From an uncultured virus (IMG/VR IMGVR_UViG_3300034022_000723) (Duplodnaviria > Heunggongvirae > Uroviricota > Caudoviricetes): a stretch of DNA of 54,519 nucleotides. Shown one piece after another: positions 29,936 to 39,355 of the stretch. The position numbers and the translations under genes were made by a program. The notes below the pieces were generated by a model that worked only from the letters and a program-made list of their open reading frames with translations, did not search any database and was not told where the DNA came from. Position 1 is the first letter of the stretch. Every line of letters begins with the position of its first letter. The DNA is taken from positions 62,001 through 116,519 of IMG/VR virus record IMGVR_UViG_3300034022_000723, one strand, 5' to 3'.

Positions 29936-30146
29936 ACTATTGGGTTGGATGTCGTCAGTAGTTGTGTTAGTGTCTATGACATTTAAAACAATGTGGAAAT
30001 TAAGATTGATGAATAGTGTTGCTTGTGTTATGTGGATATGTTATGGTTATTTTATATCAAATAACCCAACGATGTTTGTTAATTTAGCTATATTAATAAC
30101 ACATATAATTTGGTTTGTTAAAAATAAAAGGTATGAAAAAAATTAA
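29928..30146 (+). CDS. YgjV/PQ-loop-like small membrane protein
   Basis: Three hydrophobic segments, KLRLMN, WICYG. Confidence 0.6.
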   Translation: MIELLGWMSSVVVLVSMTFKTMWKLRLMNSVACVMWICYGYFISNNPTMFVNLAILITHIIWFVKNKRYEKN

Positions 30147-30816
30147 ACATCCTTTAGTTAAAGGTGTGGTTAAAGAGATTGTTCCACAAATATATTGTGC
30201 CCAAATTGATGATGATTATGATCGTGCAATGTTATTCTGTCGTTATCAAGAATATTATGAATCACCATATAAAAAGTTTAGAGGTAAACGTTTTACTTGG
30301 ATGGAATATATGAGACATTATAAAGATATGTGGAAGAAAAGAACATTTACATATCCCGATGATTGGGCTGGTTATAATATCCCATCAAATATATTGGACG
30401 GAGGAGTTGATGCGTTTTATAAAGAAACCGAGTATGATGTAATAATGAATGACATTTATTATTATTGTGCAATTGATTCACAAAATAAAAATAATGGAAC
30501 AAGATGTGATTGGTATTTGATTGGTGCAAGTTCTAAAGATAAAGGAACTATGAATCACGAAATTGCTCATGGACTATATTTTACCAACAAAGATTATAAG
30601 AAAAAGGTAAATGAACTGATTGGTAATATTAAACCAACTCATTACGATAAGTTGAAGAAGAAACTCATTAAGATGGGTTATGTTAATGATAAGAAAATTA
30701 TCGACGATGAGATTCAAGCGTTCATGTCAACAGGATTATATAATGGATTGAACACAAAGGAACTAAAAGTGTACGAAAAGGAATTTAAAAGTAATTTTAA
30801 AAAATTAATTAAATAA
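30133..30816 (+). CDS. Hypothetical protein with HExxH motif
   Basis: NHEIAHG..DEIQAF. Confidence 0.6.
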   Translation: MKKIKHPLVKGVVKEIVPQIYCAQIDDDYDRAMLFCRYQEYYESPYKKFRGKRFTWMEYMRHYKDMWKKRTFTYPDDWAGYNIPSNILDGGVDAFYKETEYDVIMNDIYYYCAIDSQNKNNGTRCDWYLIGASSKDKGTMNHEIAHGLYFTNKDYKKKVNELIGNIKPTHYDKLKKKLIKMGYVNDKKIIDDEIQAFMSTGLYNGLNTKELKVYEKEFKSNFKKLIK

Positions 30817-30819
30817 GTT

Positions 30820-30981
30820 ATGGGATACGTAATTGGTATTGGATGTAGTTTTGTTTTAGCGGCAATAGTCTCTTTCTTTTGGGTTAGAGGTATTGATTAT
30901 ATGAAAGAGAATCATCCTGATTACAAGGGAGACGACCTATTTGGTAAATTTGACGAGGACGATAAGAAAAACATAGGATAA
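30820..30981 (+). CDS. Small membrane protein (53 aa)
   Basis: Own translation MGYVIGIG...WVRGIDYMKENHPDYKG. Confidence 0.5.
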   Translation: MGYVIGIGCSFVLAAIVSFFWVRGIDYMKENHPDYKGDDLFGKFDEDDKKNIG

Positions 30982-30996
30982 AACGACTATTTAGGA

Positions 30997-31004
30997 TATT
31001 TATA
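30997..31004 (+). promoter_or_regulatory. Putative late promoter TATTTATA
   Basis: 5 nt before ATG; same motif at 32977, 36301, 38677, 45580, 47371. Confidence 0.55.
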
Positions 31005-31009
31005 TTCGT

Positions 31010-32476
31010 ATGAAGAAAAGAACCTTACAGGAAGAAATTGATAGAATACATACCATAACGTATGGTAAAAAGGTTTTATTTGAAGATGAGTTATTAGATA
31101 AACTTTTACAAGGTGACTCTTCACCCAATCCAGTATCTAAAATAGACGACCCTACCAAAGCGGATTTAGTTTCTAATGACGTTCAAGATTTTTATAATAC
31201 CATCCAAAAATCGATAGAAAATGGAGGATTAAAACAACAAAGTTTAGGTTCAATGACTTATCAAAAGGAAGTTGAATCGATGCAAATAGGTTTAATGTTA
31301 CTTAGTTACGATTTACCAAAACATGGTGTGGACGGGTTATTTGGACCCGAAACTTCAAGTGCGGTGTCAAAATTCATTGACGATAATCAAATTCAATCAA
31401 CTAATGAATCAAAAATTACGATAAAAAGTTTAATGGAGGCTTTATTAGACTCACCATTAAGTTCAACCTCAATCAATTCTAGTTTTGGTCAAAGAGGTGC
31501 TCGTAACCATCCAGGTGTTGATTTAGCCGCCACATCAAACAGTGATGTTAAATCACCCGCAAGTGGTAAGGTTATTGATGCAGCCATAAGGAATGATGCA
31601 TGTGGAGGAACGTTATTTATTGACCACGGAAATGGTTTTAAGAGTAGATTTTGTCATTTAAAAGAATTGTTAGTTCAAAACGGAGATAGCATAACCCAAG
31701 GTCAACTTGTTGCAAGGAGTGGAGGTGACCAAACTGCAGAAGAAGGTAGAGGACGTTCAAATGGTGCTCATTTACATTTTGAACTTTATAAAGATGGTCA
31801 ACTAGTTGACCCAATTGATTATATTGATAATAATGGTATCAAAGCAACATCGGGTGGTTCGACAGTTAGAAATGTTAATGCTAGTCCTGAAATGTTAACA
31901 AAATTATTGGAGTTATTGAAAGAAAAAAACATTACATCCGAACAATTAAAACAATATATTGATAAAGTAGTAACAGGTGGAGGTAATCAATTTACTGATT
32001 TGGATTTAACTAAATCAGAAGGTGTTGAAAAATATGGTAAAATTTGTCAAAGATTTATAGATACGAGAAAACCTAACTTACTAAACATCACAGGTACAAT
32101 GATGGCCACAGCAGCAAAACAAGCATTTGATAGGTATCAAAAATTTGTACCTGCGGAATTGGCGTTAGCACAATTAGCAACAGAAGGTGGTATTGGTAAC
32201 AATAACCCAAATAGTAGACCAATTAAGACACGTAATCCATTTAATGTGGGAAATACTGACAATGGTGGTAATGTTTTTCATAACGATGTCCAATCGGGGA
32301 TTAACACGTATTATAATTTAATTGCAAAAAGTTACTTAGGTAAGGGTAAAACGGCCAATGATTTAGTTAGTAACTTTGTAAACCATTCCGGTTTAAGGTA
32401 TGCCGGACCTGATTACGAGAAATCAGTAAATTCGATAGCTTTACAAGCTAACAAAATAGCCAAAACAGTATCGTAA
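31010..32476 (+). CDS. Modular murein hydrolase: PG-binding + M23 peptidase + lysozyme-like C-terminal domain
   Basis: GVDGLFGPET; HPGVD and HLHFE; ALAQLATEGG..NPFNVGN. Confidence 0.8.
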   Translation: MKKRTLQEEIDRIHTITYGKKVLFEDELLDKLLQGDSSPNPVSKIDDPTKADLVSNDVQDFYNTIQKSIENGGLKQQSLGSMTYQKEVESMQIGLMLLSYDLPKHGVDGLFGPETSSAVSKFIDDNQIQSTNESKITIKSLMEALLDSPLSSTSINSSFGQRGARNHPGVDLAATSNSDVKSPASGKVIDAAIRNDACGGTLFIDHGNGFKSRFCHLKELLVQNGDSITQGQLVARSGGDQTAEEGRGRSNGAHLHFELYKDGQLVDPIDYIDNNGIKATSGGSTVRNVNASPEMLTKLLELLKEKNITSEQLKQYIDKVVTGGGNQFTDLDLTKSEGVEKYGKICQRFIDTRKPNLLNITGTMMATAAKQAFDRYQKFVPAELALAQLATEGGIGNNNPNSRPIKTRNPFNVGNTDNGGNVFHNDVQSGINTYYNLIAKSYLGKGKTANDLVSNFVNHSGLRYAGPDYEKSVNSIALQANKIAKTVS

Positions 32477-32541
32477 CATTTCTTAATTTTCTTTTGATTT
32501 ATCAAATATATTATGTAAATTAGTATTCTAAAACTTAATTT

Positions 32542-32961
32542 ATGCCAAACGAAATTTGTATCCTTTGTGGAAAAGAAACTAATGTAGACATTAACACACA
32601 CATAGACCATAGATATGGTTATGTAGAAGGTGCTGGTCAATGTTGTAAAGAATGTTATAATAAAACCTCAAACATAGAAGAGGATTATGTAACCAGTACA
32701 ATGAGAAATCGTACAACCTTACTTACAATTTCAGCTGAAGATATTTTAGGAACACCTAATGATATGCAATTGGGCGCAAAAGTTAGACAACAATATTGGG
32801 ATACCTATGGTAAACCTGAAAAGGTACCTAACCCATGGGTATGTGGTTTATGTGGTAAAGACACATCTAACGTTGATTATGATTACTTAATGGGTGTGGA
32901 CCATATCGAATGCCATTTAAAGGAAGAAATGAAGAATGACCCGTCTTGGAACGTGAACTAA
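32542..32961 (+). CDS. CxxC-containing hypothetical protein
   Basis: CILC..CKEC, CGLC..HIEC. Confidence 0.6.
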   Translation: MPNEICILCGKETNVDINTHIDHRYGYVEGAGQCCKECYNKTSNIEEDYVTSTMRNRTTLLTISAEDILGTPNDMQLGAKVRQQYWDTYGKPEKVPNPWVCGLCGKDTSNVDYDYLMGVDHIECHLKEEMKNDPSWNVN

Positions 32962-33005
32962 ATTAAATAATTGGAGTATTTATATACACATAGAAGTATA
33001 CTCAA

Positions 33006-34238
33006 ATGAAAGAAATATCAAAGAAAGATTTATTAGTTCAATTACAAGAACAATCTGATGTAGATGAAATGGCCTATAATCCAAAAGGGACTCAAGACAC
33101 ATCTGATAAAGTTGTTGCGTTCAGACCAATTTTTAAAGACGGAAATACATCTGAAATACCTGACGGGTTTCAACTTAATAAAATAAACACTACTGAAGAT
33201 CCTAACACAGGTAAGAAGAAAAAAGAACTTGTGGCAGGTGAAGAACGTATTTGGGTTCCTTTAGATGGGGTCGAGTTAGAGGCATTTAAGGAAGCTAATC
33301 AAGAATGGTTAGATTCTTTAACTGACAAATTTGGTAAAGAACCTGAATTGGTTTCAGGAAAGAAACTTAAATACCCACCAAGAAATGCTCAGGTTGGAAC
33401 ATCTTATCAACATTCTGGAGTTAATAAACCAGCAACAACAAAGATTAAGATTGAATTAAATCGTTTGGTTGAAGAATACTTAGGTAATCCTGAAGTATCG
33501 GCTCGTTTAGAAAGATTGAGTATTCCTGAGGTTAAATCAAGAGATAGAAAACACTTAAATAGATATGGTAGAGTTGATAATGATCAAATCAATTATCAAA
33601 CACACACATTCAATTCTTATTTATCATCAACTCAGTTCTTAAAGTTTGTAACGGCAAGAATTAGTGGTAAGAAATTAGAAGATGAATTTAAATCATATCA
33701 CTTGGCTCGTCAGTTCAACCAAAACTATATGAATTGGGAGGAGACGAAGAAGAACAGTAAGAGATACGTGGGTAAAACCGCATCATATATGTTGGACGCA
33801 TATGGTTTTGATGAGGAGAACTTGGATGTAACAGTTAGAATGGACTTATCAATTAAAGGAACGATGCTTGATAATCAATATCGATGGACCGTTAAGTTCC
33901 AAACTAAATTCGGTAGAAAACTTAAAGAAGATAGATGGGTTAATGGTTTAACATTGGACAAAGAACTTACAATCAGAAAGACAGCAGAATTAGAACCAGG
34001 AACTCAATTTGATGATAAAATGACGGTTATGGATAGTTTACCAATTAAAACCTCATTGATTGAAGCGTTAGATGAATTAAGAGATACTATAATGACTAAA
34101 TATAAACCAATTGAGACATTGAAACTTGCTAACGTTAAACAATATGACATCACCAAAAAACCTACTGTAAACGAAGGAGTTGAGATTGCTAAAGAAGTTA
34201 TTAAAAGAATAGACAAACTTAAAAAGTTAAAAAAATAA
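33006..34238 (+). CDS. Hypothetical putative head-associated protein
   Basis: TATTTATA upstream; N-terminal LQE leader. Confidence 0.55.
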   Translation: MKEISKKDLLVQLQEQSDVDEMAYNPKGTQDTSDKVVAFRPIFKDGNTSEIPDGFQLNKINTTEDPNTGKKKKELVAGEERIWVPLDGVELEAFKEANQEWLDSLTDKFGKEPELVSGKKLKYPPRNAQVGTSYQHSGVNKPATTKIKIELNRLVEEYLGNPEVSARLERLSIPEVKSRDRKHLNRYGRVDNDQINYQTHTFNSYLSSTQFLKFVTARISGKKLEDEFKSYHLARQFNQNYMNWEETKKNSKRYVGKTASYMLDAYGFDEENLDVTVRMDLSIKGTMLDNQYRWTVKFQTKFGRKLKEDRWVNGLTLDKELTIRKTAELEPGTQFDDKMTVMDSLPIKTSLIEALDELRDTIMTKYKPIETLKLANVKQYDITKKPTVNEGVEIAKEVIKRIDKLKKLKK

Positions 34239-34292
34239 AGAGCCCCTCCTTGGACAGTATCCATGGACTGACACACGTACGTGTTTCGCTAT

Positions 34293-34322
34293 AATCCTCA
34301 CAGAAATGTGGGGATTTTTTTT
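34293..34322 (+). terminator. Intrinsic terminator
   Basis: aatcctcaca-gaaa-tgtggggatt plus T run. Confidence 0.8.
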
Positions 34323-34329
34323 GTATTAT

Positions 34330-34360
34330 TTTGTATATTCAAAAACATTTCATATCTTTG
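34330..34360 (+). promoter_or_regulatory. Bacteroidota-type promoter
   Basis: TTTG-N19-TATCTTTG, ATG 5 nt later. Confidence 0.7.
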
Positions 34361-34365
34361 TTGGT

Positions 34366-34779
34366 ATGAATATATTACTAATAATTTTTCTAATATTGGT
34401 TTGGGCAACCTCATCAGTATATGTGATGTATTATCATAATAAACATTACACATTAGGTTTGGATATGGTAATAGGTGCAATATTGTTAGGACCAATATTG
34501 GCTTTAATAGTAGGAAAGGATGTTGAAGAGAAGAAGAAATATTATGGGGTAATGGAACAGGAGAGTAATAATAGACATAGAGGATGGTTTAGAACAATGT
34601 CAGAAATTAATAGACAACGAATGACAAGTTTTGGTAGATCCATTCCACCTCCACCACCTATATCACGAATTGAACGAGCACAATTAGAAAGAGATGAAGC
34701 AATTAGGTCAGCAAGAGAAAGAGTAGATAAAAATAAATTAAAAGACTTCAAATTTTTGAGGAGTAATGTTAAAGATTGA
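34366..34779 (+). CDS. Two-TM membrane protein with C-terminal FKFLRS tag
   Basis: Start MNILL; poly-Pro; ends DFKFLRSNVKD. Confidence 0.65.
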   Translation: MNILLIIFLILVWATSSVYVMYYHNKHYTLGLDMVIGAILLGPILALIVGKDVEEKKKYYGVMEQESNNRHRGWFRTMSEINRQRMTSFGRSIPPPPPISRIERAQLERDEAIRSARERVDKNKLKDFKFLRSNVKD

Positions 34780-35419
34780 TAACGATAGAAAAGTATGGGT
34801 GACTTCGGACACACATTATTCACACACCAACATATGTCGTGGAATAACTAATTGGAGATTGCCTAATGGTGATGTGCCTGAGAAACAAACACGCCCATTT
34901 GAAACATTGGATAAGATGAATGTTGCAATTGTAAATAACATCAATGAGGTCGTTGGTCAGGATGATGTGTTGATACATTTTGGTGATTGGTCATTCGGTG
35001 GATTTGAAACTATTGAAGAACTTCGTAATAGAATATGGTGTAAAGAAATTCATTTAATTTATGGGAATCATGATCACCACTTGGTAAACAATAGAGAGAA
35101 CTGCCAAAGACTATTCGCATCAACACAGTGGTTCCTACAATTGAATTATATGGGTGAGACAATTGAATGTATGCACTTTCCTATCCTGTCATGGAATGGA
35201 CTGGGTAAGGGTCGTATACACCTTCACGGACATTCTCACCTCAGTAATGAAAAAAAAATATCATTTCGGAGAATGGATGTTGGTATGGATGGACACCCTG
35301 AATTTAGACCTTATGATTTACACAGGGAGATAATGAATCCAATGAAGAAACAACCAATAGGTTCTGAACTTGGAGATGACGAACATCATATTGATAAATT
35401 GAAAAATGTTGTGGGATAA
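34766..35419 (+). CDS. Calcineurin-like metallophosphoesterase
   Basis: SDTH, GD, GNHD, HGHSH. Confidence 0.9.
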   Translation: MLKIDNDRKVWVTSDTHYSHTNICRGITNWRLPNGDVPEKQTRPFETLDKMNVAIVNNINEVVGQDDVLIHFGDWSFGGFETIEELRNRIWCKEIHLIYGNHDHHLVNNRENCQRLFASTQWFLQLNYMGETIECMHFPILSWNGLGKGRIHLHGHSHLSNEKKISFRRMDVGMDGHPEFRPYDLHREIMNPMKKQPIGSELGDDEHHIDKLKNVVG

Positions 35420-35474
35420 TTTTTTTATATCACAATTTTTATTTATATTGTATTGAAATTTAAAATTATATTAT

Positions 35475-35759
35475 ATGATGTTATTTGTGGTTATTTTATT
35501 AGTGATTTTTGTTGTAGTACCAGGTGTCATTTTTTTTAAGATGGAGATAGACATAACAAACGATAGACTACAATGGTTAGAGGAAAGGCTAACTAAATTA
35601 GAAAAGGATGCTGTTAAGATTACATTCACAGGTAAACCAAATCCAAAACAATTTCCTGAAATTAAAAGTGAAGAACCATTTGTTAAAACCAGAACAAAAC
35701 GTAAACCCAAATCAGTAAAAGATTGGGAGGATGAATTTGATATAGGAGGGAACCAATAA
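35475..35759 (+). CDS. Membrane-anchored hypothetical protein
   Basis: N-terminal TM helix. Confidence 0.55.
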   Translation: MMLFVVILLVIFVVVPGVIFFKMEIDITNDRLQWLEERLTKLEKDAVKITFTGKPNPKQFPEIKSEEPFVKTRTKRKPKSVKDWEDEFDIGGNQ

Positions 35760-36298
35760 TGAAATTTAATAAGACAGATGTAGAAGGTTGTTATGTAATA
35801 ACCTACGACACATATGTTGATGAACGTGGTTACTTCGGGGTACCGTACAATAAAGATATATTCAATCAAAATGTGGGGTATGAAGTGGAGTTCATTCAGG
35901 ATAATATGTCATATTCTCATTTAGGGACCATTAGAGGACTTCATTTTCAAACTGGTAAGTATGAACAGGCTAAACTTGTTACGTGTATCACCGGACGAGT
36001 ATTGGACGTTATCGTTGATATTAGAAAGGGTTCCCAAAGTTATGGTAAGGTTGTTGAGGTTGAACTTGGTTGGGGGAAAAACAAACAAGTGTTCGTACCA
36101 AGAGGATGTGCTCACGGATTCTCAGCATTAAGTGATAATACAATATTCCAATATAAAGTTGATAACCCATACAACAAAGAAAGTGAAGGTGGGATTATAT
36201 ACAACGACCCAACTTTGAATATCAAATGGAGAGTGAGTGGTTACTTAGAAAGAATATCTGAAAAGGACTTGGAACTACCCACCTTTTTATCATTATAA
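35759..36298 (+). CDS. rmlC: dTDP-4-dehydrorhamnose 3,5-epimerase
   Basis: DERGYF, RGLHFQ, QAKLV, AHGF, YKVD, SEKD. Confidence 0.92.
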   Translation: MKFNKTDVEGCYVITYDTYVDERGYFGVPYNKDIFNQNVGYEVEFIQDNMSYSHLGTIRGLHFQTGKYEQAKLVTCITGRVLDVIVDIRKGSQSYGKVVEVELGWGKNKQVFVPRGCAHGFSALSDNTIFQYKVDNPYNKESEGGIIYNDPTLNIKWRVSGYLERISEKDLELPTFLSL

Positions 36299-36321
36299 GG
36301 TATTTATATAAAAAGAATGTT

Positions 36322-36537
36322 ATGTCAAAAGTGGTAAAAATTAAACAATCGGATATTGAACGTATTGTTGAGAATATAGTTTCAAATGAAATGGATCAAG
36401 AAAATTCAATTGCGAAGGAAGAAACAACAGAAGATGTTGATAATCAAGGTAGTGAACAATTTATGGTGGCTAAAAGTGAAGATGGTAAGTTCGCAGTGAT
36501 TAACATAAAAACAGGTGAAGTTTTAGGGATGAAATAA
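36322..36537 (+). CDS. Small putative head protein
   Basis: TATTTATA upstream; KIKQSDIERIVENI leader. Confidence 0.5.
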   Translation: MSKVVKIKQSDIERIVENIVSNEMDQENSIAKEETTEDVDNQGSEQFMVAKSEDGKFAVINIKTGEVLGMK

Positions 36538-36557
36538 AGAATATAGAGTTTTATATT

Positions 36558-36583
36558 AACCCCAAAGAAATTTGGGGTTTTTT
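36558..36583 (+). terminator. Intrinsic terminator
   Basis: aaccccaaa-gaaa-tttggggtt plus T run. Confidence 0.8.
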
Positions 36584-36594
36584 ATTGCTATTTT

Positions 36595-36626
36595 TTTGGA
36601 TATCCGAATTAATTTTTATATCTTTG
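36595..36626 (+). promoter_or_regulatory. Bacteroidota-type promoter
   Basis: TTTG-N20-TATCTTTG, ATG 4 nt later. Confidence 0.7.
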
Positions 36627-36630
36627 TGAT

Positions 36631-36948
36631 ATGAGTTATATTATAGGTAGTAAGTGTGTTAGTTGTATTGATGGGTCTTGTTTAAAGGTTTGCCCTGTTG
36701 ATTGCATTAACGGACCTATCGATGTAAAAGGTATGGGTAAGGAATCTATTGGTATGACTGAAGAAGAAAAAGTTGGTAAACAATTATATATTAACCCTGA
36801 TGTGTGTATTGATTGTGGTGCATGTGTTCCTGAATGTCCTGTGGGTGCCATTCATTCAACTGAAGAATGGGCGATTAAGGATGGTGAGTTAGAGTATGTA
36901 CATAAGAACTATGAATTTTACGGACAAACATACAAACATAGAAAATAA
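36631..36948 (+). CDS. Dicluster ferredoxin, paralogue of 28526
   Basis: CVSC..C...CPVDCI; CIDCGACVPECP; YVHKNYEF shared. Confidence 0.9.
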   Translation: MSYIIGSKCVSCIDGSCLKVCPVDCINGPIDVKGMGKESIGMTEEEKVGKQLYINPDVCIDCGACVPECPVGAIHSTEEWAIKDGELEYVHKNYEFYGQTYKHRK

Positions 36949-37148
36949 TGAAACTACTAACTTACTACAAAGGACCAGAGATATTCTGGTTCAGAATCTT
37001 TGGATATGGATTATCCTTTAGATCCCTCAAACATGGATTCGTACCATTTTCAATTAGATATGGATACCGAAAAACCTTAAATCTATTTGGTTACCGAATA
37101 GAGTTTTTAAAACGAGAAAAAAGAAACAAATGGCAAAAGCAACGTTAG
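36948..37148 (+). CDS. Hypothetical protein
   Basis: Coupled ORF. Confidence 0.45.
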   Translation: MKLLTYYKGPEIFWFRIFGYGLSFRSLKHGFVPFSIRYGYRKTLNLFGYRIEFLKREKRNKWQKQR

Positions 37149-37375
37149 AGTTTGATTTAAATGAACCAGATGATATAATGGCACATAAACGAGCGGTTAA
37201 ATCTCTTGATATGGCAATTGCGTTGTGGGAAATTACACACAACACAAAGAAAGGATTGGAGTGGTCTATGGAGGGTAAAGAGTTAGATAAGTATGATGCT
37301 TTAGAATTAGTATTTGATAAGATTTATGAAATATTAAAAGAACATAATGTTTCTGTGGACGAATTAATGGATTAA
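37130..37375 (+). CDS. Hypothetical phage protein
   Basis: MAKATLEFDL..D. Confidence 0.6.
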   Translation: MAKATLEFDLNEPDDIMAHKRAVKSLDMAIALWEITHNTKKGLEWSMEGKELDKYDALELVFDKIYEILKEHNVSVDELMD

Positions 37376-37426
37376 ATTTGGAATTACAAATAAAAATATT
37401 TATATTTTAGAATAAAACAATACACC

Positions 37427-38476
37427 ATGTCGAGAATTAAAGATTTAAGAACAAATGAAGATTACAACCTAAACATCGTTTCAATATTGGAAATGTTTAG
37501 TCCTGAAGGTAAATCAAAGTACACGGAGACATTACTTCGTATGATGAAGAACACACCAAATTTAAAAGACCACTCCAAAGAAATTAAATTGGTATTGATT
37601 GATAAGTTTCCATTCATGGAAAAGAGTAAGTTAGATTTAATGAGCGATGTCCAATTAATGTTGATGTATAAATTCATTGATGGATTCTTTAATTTAGAAG
37701 ATTTGCAGAAGTATAGAAAGTTTTGCGAATACAATGAAAGAAATTTAATTGAAGAGAATGATTTAACAAAATATAAATCATTTGACCAAATGATTGCCGC
37801 GATGGGTGTTGCAGAAATGAAATCAGAAGAGAAAGAATTAGAAACACAAGTTATAAAAATACATGAAGATGGTGAGTGGTTATTGATTAGACCTTTAACA
37901 TTTAAATCATCTTGTAAGTATGGTGCGAATACTAAATGGTGCACAACTACAGAACACAATCAAGAATACTATAACAAATATGCGAAGAGAGGTGTGTTAG
38001 TTTATTGTATCAACAAGAAGACCGGTTATAAAGTTGCGGCATTTTATTCGTTAGATAAAAACGAACCTGAGTTTTCATATTGGAATCAAAAAGATACTCG
38101 TATTGATTCAACTGATTCTAATTTACCATTAGAACTAATTGGTTTTATTCGTGATTATGTTAAAGATCCAAAGGTTAAATCAAACACCGCAATGTTGAGT
38201 GGAGATCAAAAAAAGAAAGAATTGGGAAATGGAAGAAAGGCAGCAATTAGTGAAAGAGTTGCATCGGCGGTAAGAAGAGCACAAGAAGAGATTGAAGTAA
38301 GTGAACCAATGGAAGAATCTGTAATGGAACAACCTGAATTACCATTTTACGATGAGAGAGGTGATGAAACGGAGGTAGATGAAGAGGTAACAAGTTACCG
38401 AATTCCTGAACAACCCGAAACTCCAATTGATAGAATGATGTGGTCATCAACAAACAGAAGTTCAGAAACTGAATAA
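37427..38476 (+). CDS. Hypothetical phage protein with acidic tail
   Basis: SCKYGANTKWCTT motif. Confidence 0.65.
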   Translation: MSRIKDLRTNEDYNLNIVSILEMFSPEGKSKYTETLLRMMKNTPNLKDHSKEIKLVLIDKFPFMEKSKLDLMSDVQLMLMYKFIDGFFNLEDLQKYRKFCEYNERNLIEENDLTKYKSFDQMIAAMGVAEMKSEEKELETQVIKIHEDGEWLLIRPLTFKSSCKYGANTKWCTTTEHNQEYYNKYAKRGVLVYCINKKTGYKVAAFYSLDKNEPEFSYWNQKDTRIDSTDSNLPLELIGFIRDYVKDPKVKSNTAMLSGDQKKKELGNGRKAAISERVASAVRRAQEEIEVSEPMEESVMEQPELPFYDERGDETEVDEEVTSYRIPEQPETPIDRMMWSSTNRSSETE

Positions 38477-38477
38477 T

Positions 38478-38675
38478 ATGGATGCGGTTAAAATAGACAG
38501 ATTACAACAGAAATTAAAAAAACTCAAGGAGGATTTCCACTATTGGAATGTTGAATTCCAACCTTCGGGTAATATGGGTAAATGGGGTAGAAGTGTTAGA
38601 ATAACCACTTTAAGTCAAAAAATAAAGAATGTTGAGGATAAGATAAGGGAAGAATTAAAAAAGGGATATATGTAG
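38478..38675 (+). CDS. Hypothetical coiled-coil protein
   Basis: ORF. Confidence 0.5.
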   Translation: MDAVKIDRLQQKLKKLKEDFHYWNVEFQPSGNMGKWGRSVRITTLSQKIKNVEDKIREELKKGYM

Positions 38676-38688
38676 ATATTTATAGGTT

Positions 38689-38922
38689 ATGAAGGTAATT
38701 TTAACCGAAGGTCAATATAACAAACTCATCTTGGAATTTTACGATAGAGATAAACTATATAGTAGAGAACGTATTGTGAATAGTTTAAAATCTGCACCAA
38801 AATATATTAAACAATATATTAAAAAATTACCACATATAGATGTGACTGATGACCAAGGTAATAAGAAGGTTTTAACTAAAATACCCGAAGTTCTTTACCA
38901 ATATCTCCACGGAAATTTTTAA
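38689..38922 (+). CDS. Small putative head protein
   Basis: TATTTATA 4 nt upstream; MKVILTEGQYNKLILE leader. Confidence 0.55.
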   Translation: MKVILTEGQYNKLILEFYDRDKLYSRERIVNSLKSAPKYIKQYIKKLPHIDVTDDQGNKKVLTKIPEVLYQYLHGNF

Positions 38923-38927
38923 ATATA

Positions 38928-38959
38928 TTTGGAATATCCCAAATGTATTCTTATCTTTG
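38928..38959 (+). promoter_or_regulatory. Bacteroidota-type promoter
   Basis: TTTG-N20-TATCTTTG. Confidence 0.7.
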
Positions 38960-38978
38960 AACTCTAAAATTAAAAAAT

Positions 38979-39353
38979 ATGAGTATCAGTCCTTATTCGT
39001 TCCCTGGTCTTAAACTTGACCAAAAAGACAAACAACAAATTAAAAACAACACCAAGTTATTAAAATATAAAATAACTAAAGAAGAGATTTTAGAAATTAT
39101 TGCAGATGAATGTGGAATAACTGTCAGTCAAATTTTGGATAAAACAAGAAAAAAAGAGGTCATAAATGGCCGTTTTATTTTTTGTGGTGTTATGAATGAC
39201 TATTTTAGTTACACATTGAAAAGAATTGGCAATGTTGTGGGTAGAGACCATACAACTGTCATTCACGCAGTTAGAAAATTTAAAGATAGAATTCGTAACG
39301 AAGATGATTTTAGAGATTTAGTTAACGGAGTTTATAATAAAATAGGAATATAA
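38979..39353 (+). CDS. Stand-alone DnaA C-terminal (domain IV) HTH protein
   Basis: TRKKEV..R..LKRIG..GRDHTTVIHAVRK. Confidence 0.85.
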   Translation: MSISPYSFPGLKLDQKDKQQIKNNTKLLKYKITKEEILEIIADECGITVSQILDKTRKKEVINGRFIFCGVMNDYFSYTLKRIGNVVGRDHTTVIHAVRKFKDRIRNEDDFRDLVNGVYNKIGI

Positions 39354-39355
39354 TT

